A stretch of 64,000 nt of DNA from contig CAVWGN010000001.1 in the NCBI GenBank assembly GCA_963754655.1, positions 928,001 through 992,000 on the forward strand, in the 5' to 3' direction. The DNA comes from an uncultured Chlamydiae bacterium (GTDB taxonomy: Bacteria; Chlamydiota; Chlamydiia; Chlamydiales; Parachlamydiaceae). Below the pieces are notes generated by a model. That model was given only the letters and a program-made list of their open reading frames with translations. It was not told the origin of the DNA and made no database searches. Below are positions 53,752 through 63,509 of the stretch, in pieces. Made by a program: the position numbers and the translations under genes. How positions within the stretch are numbered: the stretch's first letter is position 1; the number at the start of each line of letters is the position of its first letter.

Positions 53752-54831
53752 TAGTCTTCAATCATATGAGTTTTTGCCTATTGGGTTTGCTTGAAAGTTG
53801 GGATGAGATGATTCTCATGTAGTCCTTCAGACTACATGACGAGGGCTAATCTAACCCAGGGTGATGCCCTGGGCTATTTTTATTTGAAGCCTTTCATGCT
53901 CTGAACATTGGACATCTTTTTGTTAACCGTCTCTAATATGTAACATTTAATAGGCATGGCCCTACAATTGTTATAGAAGGATGTCTTCCAAAAATATCCG
54001 ATGTTCAGAGCCTGAAAGGCTTCAAATAAAAATAGCCCAGGGCATCGCCCTGGGTTAGATTAGCCCTCGTCATGTAGTCTGAAGGACTACAAGAGAATCA
54101 TCTCATCCCAACCCAGGGCCGGGACTTAACAAAGAACTGTTTTGGGCTTGATATTCGTCCCGTCAATTTAACAACACCGCGCCTGTAATAGGCTTTAGGG
54201 GCATATTTCTCGAAAATGACGCGAAAAACATCAAGCCCAAAACAGTTCTTTGTTAAGTCCCGGCCATAGGCTAGGAACGAAATGCTTCCGGCAAACTCCA
54301 GAAGCTAAATTTGTCGCTCAAGCGGCGTTAGCCGCGCATGGATAGTAGCCGTGGGTGTAGGCGAAGCCGGAACCCACGGTGTATGGTAAAAAAAATGAAG
54401 CCACGTTAGTGGCGTAGGAAATGTGATTGTGGAGCAATGTTTATTTAAACGAATGCTACGCCACTAACGTGGCTCAAATTTGTTTTGAGGGTAACCGTGG
54501 GTTTCGGCTTCGCCTACACCCACGGCTACTATTCATGCGCGGCTAACGCCGCTTGTCGCTGAGGGAAAGGATATGGATCAAGCAACATTTCAAAAACAAA
54601 GATAAAAATTCCGATTACCTAGCCATATGCCGGGACTTAACAAAGAACTGTTTTGGGCTTGATGTTTTTCGCGTCATTTTCTGGAAATATGCCTCTAAAG
54701 TCTATTATAGGCGTGGTGTTGTTAAATTGATGCGACGAATATCAAGTCCAAAAATAGCTCTTTGTTAAGTCCCGACCCAGGGCCTGTGAAGCAGTCCCAA
54801 TAGGCAAAAACTAATGTGGTTGAGTAACTAG
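53752..54831. mobile_element. Composite nested palindromic element (CTAG shell enclosing four internal palindromes)
   Basis: Outer arms agtttttgcctattggg / cccaataggcaaaaact; inner palindromes 53797-54112, 54117-54265, 54319-54555, 54629-54776. Confidence 0.85.
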
Positions 54832-55026
54832 CCTATTCGTCCGAATAATTGGCGGGTAATCGTTATTTTTTATAAAGATTTTCAATTGAAAAAATTTTAG
54901 CAATCATAGCATTTGATTTAAAGGAATTTCCAGAGGAAAAGATTAACAGATACTCTATGTTTTTGGTATACTTATCTCCTCAAATAAGTTTTTTTTAACC
55001 AGCAAAGTCCGGATGAAGCTTGTTCT

Positions 55027-55608
55027 ATGAAGAAGATCCAACCGAAAAAATTTGCTCTAATCGGTCTTCCCGGAAGCGGAAAATCTACATTTGCTTCCAA
55101 ACTTGGAAAGATTTTAGGCATTCCAGTCCACCATCTAGACAGGCATATGTTCGAGTCGGATGGAAAAAAGAAAGACAAACAGGAATTCATAGAAATTCAA
55201 CAAGCCATGCTCAATGAAGAAGCTTGGGTAGTTGAAGGGTGTTCTTTTTCGAGTTTCGAAATGAGGTTTGCTAAGGCAGATGTTTTGATCTATTTCCACT
55301 TTTCTCGTCTTGTCTGTTTTTTGAGACTTTTCAAAAGATTATTCAATTACAAAAAAGAATTTGGTAGCTTGAGAGCTGTTACTTGGGAGATTTTGAAATA
55401 CACCTGGAACTTCGATAAGGAAAAAAGGGCCCGTATCGAAGAGCTTAGTCAAAAATATTCTCAGACCGAGTTTCTTATTTTCAGAAATCAAAAAGACGCC
55501 GATTCTTATCTAAAATCCTTGAGGGGAAGCTTGCTCATTGGCAATGCGCTGAATGTTACCACTTTATTCAGAGATAATCCTAAACATCTAAAAAGAATAG
55601 TAATATGA
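55027..55608 (+). CDS. FlaR/topology-modulation-like P-loop protein
   Basis: IGLPGSGKSTFA..L...L.IP..HLD, W..EG, R...AD. Confidence 0.78.
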   Translation: MKKIQPKKFALIGLPGSGKSTFASKLGKILGIPVHHLDRHMFESDGKKKDKQEFIEIQQAMLNEEAWVVEGCSFSSFEMRFAKADVLIYFHFSRLVCFLRLFKRLFNYKKEFGSLRAVTWEILKYTWNFDKEKRARIEELSQKYSQTEFLIFRNQKDADSYLKSLRGSLLIGNALNVTTLFRDNPKHLKRIVI

Positions 55609-56519
55609 CTCATCAATGGGAACCACAGCAAATCATTGAACCTCCGCTTGCTTTACAATTAATTAGAGAGCAATTTCCAGAACTTTCCTCTAAAAATATT
55701 CGCCTCTTAGGAGCTGGTTGGGATAATACAGCTTTTATTATCGATGAAGAATTGATCTTTCGATTTCCTAGAAGAGAGATCGCTCTTCCTCTTTTAGAGG
55801 CTGAATGGTGTGCGTTACCTAAATTGGCATCAAACCTTCCTGTGCCTATTCCGATTCCGAAATGGAAAGGTTCACCAACTTCCAATTTCCCTTGGCCTTT
55901 TATTGGCTATCCCTTAATTCCTGGCTTCACTGCCTGTTATGCCAATCTTCTTGAAGACGAAAGAGCTGCTCTTGCAGAACCTATTGCTAGATTCCTTGCA
56001 TTGCTTCATGCGACGCCTAAATCAGAATTTTCAGATTGCCATATTCCAGAAAATAACCAGAGCCGAATCGATGGTTCTTTATTGAAAACCAAAATAGAAA
56101 AAAACTTTGAAGAACTTTCTTTACTTGGATTGCTAGAAAATAGAAAGGAACTTGAGCTTATTGTGCAGAATTTACAACATTTTAAAGCACCTGTTAGTTC
56201 ATTCCTTGTACATGGAGATTTTTACGTAAGACATTTGCTTATTGATCAAAAACACGATCTAGTGGGAGTTATCGATTGGGGAGATATTCATTGGGGAGAT
56301 CCTGCAATCGATCTCGCTATTGCCCATAGTTTTTTACCAGTTCAAGCACATCAATCTTTCATAAAAACTTACGGAGATATATCGGAAGAAACATGGACAT
56401 TAGCTAAATTAAGAGCAATTTATAGCAATACATTACTGACGTTATTTGGTTATCATTCTAATGATCCTAGTATTATGCGTGAGGGACTTCGTTCTCTTAA
56501 AGTGATGGCTGCTGAATGA
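55605..56519 (+). CDS. Aminoglycoside phosphotransferase-family protein
   Basis: G.GWDN, FRFPR, HGDF, GVIDWGD...GDPA.DL. Confidence 0.85.
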   Translation: MTHQWEPQQIIEPPLALQLIREQFPELSSKNIRLLGAGWDNTAFIIDEELIFRFPRREIALPLLEAEWCALPKLASNLPVPIPIPKWKGSPTSNFPWPFIGYPLIPGFTACYANLLEDERAALAEPIARFLALLHATPKSEFSDCHIPENNQSRIDGSLLKTKIEKNFEELSLLGLLENRKELELIVQNLQHFKAPVSSFLVHGDFYVRHLLIDQKHDLVGVIDWGDIHWGDPAIDLAIAHSFLPVQAHQSFIKTYGDISEETWTLAKLRAIYSNTLLTLFGYHSNDPSIMREGLRSLKVMAAE

Positions 56520-56555
56520 ACTCAAATAGTTTACCTTTAAGTCGATAAATCAAAA

Positions 56556-57461
56556 ATGATCAGTCTAACTGATCTATTGTTTATCAAATCAATTTGGGAA
56601 ACGATTGATGAGGGATATATGACATATATTTATAGCTCTGAAATGCTGCAACAACTTAAAGATAGCCTAGAATTATTAAAAATGATTTTAAAATCGGATC
56701 TTTTAGGTGTTTATCTTTACGGTTCATCTCTTGTAGGTGGGTTGCAAAAATACAGCGACATGGACTTATTGGTTGTGACTAATCGTGCGATAACTTCGGA
56801 GGAGAAAAATAGATTAATTGTTCATCTCCTTCAAATTTCTGGCATTTATATGAAAAGTTCAAAATTACCTATTGAAATGACTTTTGTTGAGAAGAAAATG
56901 ATTAATCCTTGGCAATATCCTCCGCGCTTTGGTTTTCAATATGGTGAGTGGCTGCGCGAGTCTTTTGAAAACGGCATTGTTGAACCATGGCTAAATGATG
57001 AAATGCCCGATCTTGCGTTAATAGTGACTCAAGTTTTATTAAAAAGCCAAACTTTGTGGGGATTAGAACCGGAGCAGCTATTGGCACCTGTACCCTACCA
57101 GGATTTTATGAAAGCGATGCTTCATGATTTAAATAGACTTGCCACAGCTCTTGAGCATGATACTAGAAATGTTTTACTTACCTACGCGCGCATTTGGAGC
57201 ACATTGGAAACAGATGCAATAAGATCTAAGCCTGCGGCAGCGGATTGGGTAATGAAGCGTTTACCAGAAATCTATCAACCTGTGATGAAGCGCGCTAAAT
57301 CGATTTGCATGGGTGTAGAAAAAGAGCATTGGGATGATATCGAATCACTCATAAAGCCTTGTACACATTTTATGGTGAATAAAATCAATTCACAGATTTC
57401 ATTGGTAAATTTCGATAATCCAAACAAGCTAATAAAACTAGCTGAGGCAACAAATGAATAA
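56556..57461 (+). CDS. Aminoglycoside adenylyltransferase, AadA/ANT(9)-like
   Basis: GVYLYGS...GGL..YSD.DLLVV, PW.YPP...FQYGEWLR, D.RNV.LT.ARIW, SK..AA.W. Confidence 0.88.
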   Translation: MISLTDLLFIKSIWETIDEGYMTYIYSSEMLQQLKDSLELLKMILKSDLLGVYLYGSSLVGGLQKYSDMDLLVVTNRAITSEEKNRLIVHLLQISGIYMKSSKLPIEMTFVEKKMINPWQYPPRFGFQYGEWLRESFENGIVEPWLNDEMPDLALIVTQVLLKSQTLWGLEPEQLLAPVPYQDFMKAMLHDLNRLATALEHDTRNVLLTYARIWSTLETDAIRSKPAAADWVMKRLPEIYQPVMKRAKSICMGVEKEHWDDIESLIKPCTHFMVNKINSQISLVNFDNPNKLIKLAEATNE

Positions 57462-57592
57462 GGCAGTCTGAAAAGGAGAAAATTTCGAAAAGAATGGCCT
57501 TATTTTTTTGTGATTTATTAAATTGTTCTCTATAATCAATCTTCCTTTAGGAGATAAATTCCATCATGTAAATTAATGGTTAAAATAATAAT

Positions 57593-58402
57593 ATGGATAG
57601 ACAAGCTAAACCAAAATTAGATACAGCAATAGAACAATATTATTCTAAAGGAAAAGAACAAGAACGATTGAATGAACACCCTCTCGAAAGGGACCGTACC
57701 CTAATGATTTTAAAAAAAATGATGCCGAGAGCACCAGCTGTTGTGTTGGATATTGGGGGAGCGGCAGGAGCCTATGCTTTTCCTTTAACAAGTCAAGGAT
57801 ATGAAGTTCATTTGATAGACCCAGTTCCGCTCCATATTGAACAAGCATTAAACTTTGAATGCATTTCTTCAATTAAATTAGCGAGTTGTTCGATTGGAGA
57901 TGCAAGGCATATCGAAAGAGAAGATCAGTGTGCAGATGTTATTCTGCTCTTTGGGCCCTTATATCATCTCACTTCTCAAAGTGATCGTTTGAAAGTTTTA
58001 AAAGAATCTCACCGTCTTTTAAAACCAGGAGGAATCCTTTTCGCTGTTGGAATTTCCCGTTTTGCGACTTTTATGGATAGTGTTTATAAAGAAGTGTTCG
58101 GCTCTAAAAAAGAAATCATAGAGCGAGAATTAGTCACTGGTATTCATCATAAAATAGCGGAGGAATTTGATTTTGGATATTTACACACCTCTTCTGAATT
58201 AAAAAACGAAATTGAACAAAGTGGTTTTCAGGCTATCTCTATTCTCGCGATTGAAGGCCCTGTATGGCATAAAGAGTTAATGGCTAATCTTTGGGAAAAT
58301 CAAAATCAATGGAAATCCTTGCTTTCTACGATTGAAAAAATAGAAACGGAAGAATCCATCATAGGCGCTAGTGCTCATATCATGGCTGTAGCTCAAGTAT
58401 GA
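57593..58402 (+). CDS. Class I SAM-dependent methyltransferase
   Basis: VLDIGG..G.Y, GDAR, GPLYHL, R.LKPGG. Confidence 0.88.
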   Translation: MDRQAKPKLDTAIEQYYSKGKEQERLNEHPLERDRTLMILKKMMPRAPAVVLDIGGAAGAYAFPLTSQGYEVHLIDPVPLHIEQALNFECISSIKLASCSIGDARHIEREDQCADVILLFGPLYHLTSQSDRLKVLKESHRLLKPGGILFAVGISRFATFMDSVYKEVFGSKKEIIERELVTGIHHKIAEEFDFGYLHTSSELKNEIEQSGFQAISILAIEGPVWHKELMANLWENQNQWKSLLSTIEKIETEESIIGASAHIMAVAQV

Positions 58403-58548
58403 GTTAGTAAAAAATAAATAAGCATATTATTAAATTTTTATAGAAAAAATTTCGAGCTTTTTCAAACTACATCCTTTTTTTGAAAAAGGATGCGGCACAA
58501 AATTGTTAGATGCAGCAGAACGAGAAGCCATTAAAAAAAGAAAAGTCT

Positions 58549-59128
58549 ATGACTGAAATCAAACCTGTAATAGAAACAGAACGCCTGGTTTTACGTCATT
58601 GGCAGCAAGAAGACTTAGAACAGTTTGCAGTAATGAATGCTGATCTCCATGTTATGGAGCATTTCCCTGCTATAAAGAGTTTCGAGGAAAGTCTAAAAGA
58701 ATATCACGCTATTGTAGATCATTTTAAGAAACATGGTTATGGCTGGTGGGCTGTATCTGAGAAAAAATAAAACCAAGTTTATTGGATTTATAGGCTTAAG
58801 ATATATCGATTTTCCTGCTGCATTCACTCCTACTGTGGAAGTCGCTTGGAGACTTGTGTATGAGTATTGGGGAAAAGGATATGCAACTGAAGGAGCCAAA
58901 GCCTCTTTAAAATATGGATTTGAGAGACTGAAATTACCGGAAATCATTTCTTTTACTTCTATATAGAATTTACGATCAAGAGCCGTGATGGAAAGAATTG
59001 GCATGCACCGCAGTCCAAAAGACGATTTCGATCATCCAAAATTGCAAGAAGGTCATCCATTGAGAAGGCATGTTTTTTACCGCCTTTATCGCGATGAATG
59101 GGAAAAATCTCAGGAGGTCTATGAATAA
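58549..59128 (+). pseudogene. RimJ/RimL-type GNAT, frameshift plus stop
   Basis: IETERL.LR.W, VE..WRL...WGKGYATE.A, N.RS..VME.IGM across breaks. Confidence 0.82.
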
Positions 59129-59633
59129 AATCTTTTTTGTTATAGGTGCTTCTGGTTCGGGAAAAACAACTGTCATTAACGCTTTAGATAAAGCGGGTCT
59201 TTCTGAATTTAAAACAGTTTATTTTGATAGTATTGGAATACCTACTTTAGAGGAAATGAGTGCGAGATACAATGGCCCTGAAGAATGGCAAAGAATAAAA
59301 ACAGTCGAATGGGTCAAAATAATAAAAGAAACGCTCATATCCCATACACATGTGATTTTAGATTGTCAGACAAGACCCCTATTCATTGAGGAAGCGTGCA
59401 TTGAAAATAAGATGATTTATGAGGCGATAGTATTTGATTGCTCTGATGAAGAAAGAACTAAACGTCTTGTTACTCGCGGACATCCAGAGCTTGCGAATGA
59501 ACAGATGATGAATTGGGCTAGATATTTAAGACAAGAGGGTCAAAAACGGGCGTATCAAATAATTGATAATACCGCTCTAACATTTGAAGAAACGCTTAGT
59601 CAATTTCTAGACTGGTTAAAGAAAAAGAAATGA
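59121..59633 (+). CDS. Small P-loop kinase
   Basis: IGASGSGKTT, R..RL..R, IDNT. Confidence 0.72.
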   Translation: MNKIFFVIGASGSGKTTVINALDKAGLSEFKTVYFDSIGIPTLEEMSARYNGPEEWQRIKTVEWVKIIKETLISHTHVILDCQTRPLFIEEACIENKMIYEAIVFDCSDEERTKRLVTRGHPELANEQMMNWARYLRQEGQKRAYQIIDNTALTFEETLSQFLDWLKKKK

Positions 59634-59746
59634 ATGTAAATAAACAGGTTGCATGAGTTACAGGAATGATTTCAATACAAAAAGCCTTGTCTCATGGCCT
59701 AAACTCGCACTCATCTTAAGACCGAATATGAAAAAGTTGAAGGAAT

Positions 59747-60592
59747 ATGACTGTTTTTGAAAAAAATATCATCGGCATCTATGGACAAAAAGGGAAATCG
59801 TGGCTTGCCAAACTCCCAGATCTCATTTGTCAATTAGAAGTCTTATGGAATTTAACCGAACTTAAACCTGTAGCCAACCTTACTTATAATTATGTGTTGG
59901 TCGGTTTTCAAAATGAAATACCAGTTGTTTTAAAACTTAGTCTAGATTCTCAAGGTTTAGAAAGAGAGGCAAATGCTTTAGAAGCCTTTAAGGGATATGG
60001 CACTGTATTAGTTTTAAAGAAACAAAAAAACGCCCTTCTACTGCAACGAGCTTTTCCTGGATATTCCTTAAAAAATTCCAAACACAACAAAGGCAAAAAG
60101 AATATTGAGATCGCTTGTACTATTGCAGAAAGACTACATAAGGCTCCATTTCCCCAAGCAAACTTTCCTCATATAGCGGATTGGCTGACTGCATTAAACA
60201 AAGATTGGAAAATTCCAATGGAGCATTTGTTAAGAGCTAGAGAGCTAAAACGTCAGCTTTTAGAAAATCTTGTTGGTTCACCCATCTTGCTTCATGGTGA
60301 CCTTCACCAAGATAACATCTTATCCCATGCTGATGACTGGTTAGTCATCGATCCAAAAGGTGTTATTGGGTTCCCAATAAATGAGTTATGGGCATGTATT
60401 GAAGAACCAAACCATGATCTTAAATACATTTCTGAATATTTTGGGTATTCATTTGACAAGGTCGTCAAATGGTACTACGTCCATCTTGTGCTAGCCGCCT
60501 GCTGGCAAACTGAAGATAATCTTGATTCTTCACTATTTTTAAAACTAGCGAATTGCGTTTTGCCTCTTATTCAAAGTGATTTTGAAAAATAG
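59747..60592 (+). CDS. APH(6)/streptomycin-kinase-like phosphotransferase
   Basis: G..WL..LP.......W.L, VVLK, E..AL, LLHGDLH..NIL, W..IDPKG..G. Confidence 0.85.
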   Translation: MTVFEKNIIGIYGQKGKSWLAKLPDLICQLEVLWNLTELKPVANLTYNYVLVGFQNEIPVVLKLSLDSQGLEREANALEAFKGYGTVLVLKKQKNALLLQRAFPGYSLKNSKHNKGKKNIEIACTIAERLHKAPFPQANFPHIADWLTALNKDWKIPMEHLLRARELKRQLLENLVGSPILLHGDLHQDNILSHADDWLVIDPKGVIGFPINELWACIEEPNHDLKYISEYFGYSFDKVVKWYYVHLVLAACWQTEDNLDSSLFLKLANCVLPLIQSDFEK

Positions 60593-60789
60593 GAAATTTA
60601 CAGGGAATTAGAAAGAAGCATTTAAGAGCTTTTCCCCAATAGCATGAGCCAATTGACTGCTCGCATTGATACTAGTGGATCGCTTTTCACGCTTCGGCGC
60701 ATCCTGAAAGACTAAAAAAATCTCTAAACTGATCCTTAAAGCCATTTATATAGAGTCTTATTTCGTTATGCCTACGCCAGATGACCCAC

Positions 60790-61633
60790 TAGGGAGCGTA
60801 CCTAAAAGATTAACCATTGTATAATACAAGCGATCGTCAACATTCCTGCATAATTTTGAGCTTTCATTTCGTATCTTATTCCAATACGCCTAAATCGTTT
60901 TATAAACTGAAAAAAATTTTCTACCAAGCAACGCTCTCTGTAGATATGTTTATCATGTTCAATTAGTTCAGCTCTTGATACTTTGCTGGGTATGACTGCT
61001 TGACTTCCCATCTTTTCTATAAAATTTCTGATTTCATTTGAGTCGTAAGCTTTATCAGCTATAACATTTTTTGGATTTTTTCCACTGAGTAAAAGCTTCA
61101 TTTGAGTGCTCTCGTGTACTTGACCTTCTGTCAAGATAAAATCAATACAACGACCTAATCCATCTGTTACTGCATGAATTTTTGTGGTTGTTCCGGCCCT
61201 TGATTTTCCCATGGCTTCTTCGGCTTTTTTTTTATCCTACAAGCATCTTGATGCGCTTCAACAATTGAGCTGTCTACAGAGTAATTTTCTTCGTCAATTT
61301 CATCTTTTAAAGCTTGCCAAATCGTTTGCCAGATTCCAGCCTTTGTCCATCGATTAAAGCGATTATAACATGTGCTCCAAGGACCATACTTGGGTGGTAG
61401 ATCCCTCCAAGCGGCTCCTGTTCTTAAAATCCAAATAATGCCTTCTAAAATCTTACGATGAGGCCGACTTGGTCTGCCCCAATATCCTCGTTCTTTTGGC
61501 AATAAAGGTTTTATTTTTATCCATCTTTCATTAGTTAATACTATCCTACTCATTCAAATTTCCCCCTTGTTTTATCAGAGAAAATTATAAATCATAAGAG
61601 TTATTATTTTAAATCTTTTAGGTACGTTCCCTA
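60790..61633 (-). mobile_element. IS5-family (IS427-like) element; two-ORF transposase (61167-61553, 60802-61212) joined by a probable programmed frameshift at A9
   Basis: 21-bp TIRs AGGG(A/G)... with one mismatch; CTAG junctions; LRTG..WRDLP..YGPW.T.Y.RF.RW, GKSR.G.TTKIH, ADKAYDS, Y.ER..VE.FF; T9 at 61225-61233. Confidence 0.92.
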
Positions 61634-62379
61634 GTACTCCATTACATTAGTTTTGCGTATTTGGACTGCTTCAAAGCCCGGGGTTAGGGTGTTCATTTGT
61701 GCAAAAATGAGCTTTATTTTTCACAATAATTGGCATAGTTGAATTGAAGGTCGCATGTTTATGCCGTCCTTTCAGGACTCGATGTCTTTTTGATAGAACC
61801 CAGGCCTCCGCTTCGCTGCGACCTGGGCTGTAACATGACGGCCCTTCAGGCCTTAACAAAATTTGAATTGAAGGTCGCATGTTTATGCCGTCCTTTCAGG
61901 ACTCGATGTCTTTTTGATAGAACCCAGGCCTCCGCTTCGCTGCGACCTGGGCTGTAACATGACGGCCCTTCAGGCCTTAACAAAATTTGAATTGAAGGTC
62001 GCATGTTTATGCCGTCCTTTCAGGACTCGATGTCTTTTTGATAGAACCCAGGCCTCCGCTTCGCTGCGACCTGGGCTGTAACATGACGGCCCTTCAGGCC
62101 TTAACAAAAAGATGATTTAGGGACTATAGAAGAGGGACTTAAACATCTCTTGTTAAGGCCTGAAGGGCCGTCATGTTACAGCCCAGGTCGCAGCGAAGCG
62201 GAGGCCTGGGTTCTATCAAAAAGACATCGAGTCCTGAAAGGACGGCATAAACATGCGACCTTCAATTCAACTATGCCAATTATTGTGAAAAATAAAGCTC
62301 ATTTTTGCACAAAATGAACACCCTAACCCCGGGCTTTGAAGCAGTCCAAATACGTAAAACTAATGTAATGGAGTACTAG
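61631..62379. mobile_element. Four-layer palindromic MITE with a triplicated 124-bp left arm
   Basis: CTAGTACTCCATTACATTAG...CTAATGTAATGGAGTACTAG ends; inner layers as at 30107-30563; repeat units start at 61741, 61865, 61989. Confidence 0.9.
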
Positions 62380-62483
62380 AAGAAGGAACGCACAACTTTG
62401 GATGTTTCTTGCTGCGCTTTGACTGAACTTTGGATTTCAGATAGTATCACTCGGAATTAAATTAATGAATAAGAAGAGTCATC

Positions 62484-63434
62484 TTAGGATTTGGGAATCA
62501 ATATTACAAATTTTTTTGTTGCAAGAAAATCTATTGTTTGTCCAATAGCTTTATTAGAAGGTCCAAAGTCAAGTTCTTTAATTCCTTCCCCTTCTTCAAC
62601 AAAATCAAAGTGTTTATTGCCAGCTATAATAAACACTTTTTTATGTGTCTCTAATACATGTTGTATGGTTTCACACATTTTTTGATTTCTAATTGGAACT
62701 TCATTTATTATTTCTTGTAAACCTTGATATGCTTTATTTTTATAATATTTTTTTATACAGGGTGTACAAGATTTTATAAAAATAGCGGTACAACACCATG
62801 TACAAAAAAATGAAAATATTTTTGTTATCTGACAACAATTAGATAATTCATTATTTTCTAGGTCCTTATCCACTTTAGTTATTTTAGATAGAGTCAAAAA
62901 GTCACTTACTTTTGGTTTCTTATAAATCGTACTTGCTTTGACAAATTCATGGAGTTCTTTTCTGCGATTCTCATCAAATTCAATATCCCAGCCTTGAATT
63001 TTAATAGCCTTTTTTACATATTTTGCTTGTTCAGGTAGGATTTCGTTTTCATACAGAATCTTTGACTGTTCATTGTTTTCTTGGCTTGTTTCCTCAACTA
63101 AAAGAATGCTTTCATCTTCATAAAGCGTATCAACAATTTGTGCATTGATTTCTTTGTGTATTTCATTGTTATGACTTTCACCAAGGCAGATAATTTGCGC
63201 CTCGTCCAACTGATCCACGTTTGAAATCACAACTCTGTAGTTTTCCTTGACCAGTTGATTGATTTTTTCTCTTTGTATTTGCAAGCTGTTGCTTTCAATT
63301 GAAGTAGTGGGCTCTAGTTTCGAAAACTTTAAATTTATTGAGTGTAAACTTAATCTGGAAACTTGATTCATTATACTCCTATTTTGTAAATGGATATTAT
63401 TCTGATTTGTAATTGACACGATAATTCTTATCAA
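62484..63434 (-). CDS. Hypothetical protein
   Basis: 316-aa ORF; ICLGE.H and IIAG..HF motifs reminiscent of TraB/ChaN-like folds; unassigned. Confidence 0.55.
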   Translation of the reverse strand: MIRIIVSITNQNNIHLQNRSIMNQVSRLSLHSINLKFSKLEPTTSIESNSLQIQREKINQLVKENYRVVISNVDQLDEAQIICLGESHNNEIHKEINAQIVDTLYEDESILLVEETSQENNEQSKILYENEILPEQAKYVKKAIKIQGWDIEFDENRRKELHEFVKASTIYKKPKVSDFLTLSKITKVDKDLENNELSNCCQITKIFSFFCTWCCTAIFIKSCTPCIKKYYKNKAYQGLQEIINEVPIRNQKMCETIQHVLETHKKVFIIAGNKHFDFVEEGEGIKELDFGPSNKAIGQTIDFLATKKFVILIPKS

Positions 63435-63509
63435 CTACATTTTTCCCTTCACTTATTCTATTTTGCACAAAAAAAGTAGAATGACATTCCCAAGATTTTA
63501 AGGATAAAT

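Noticed and set aside
21791..58966. Alternative genetic code suggested by in-frame stops
   Set aside because: The stops are of all three types and occur alongside frameshifts and truncations, while core genes are clean; this fits decay.
20656..60592. Integron cassette array
   Set aside because: No intI; genes overlap each other without attC-like spacers; the palindromes are sporadic and one disrupts a gene.
61741..62110. CRISPR array
   Set aside because: 124-bp units are identical end to end, with no unique spacers and no cas genes.
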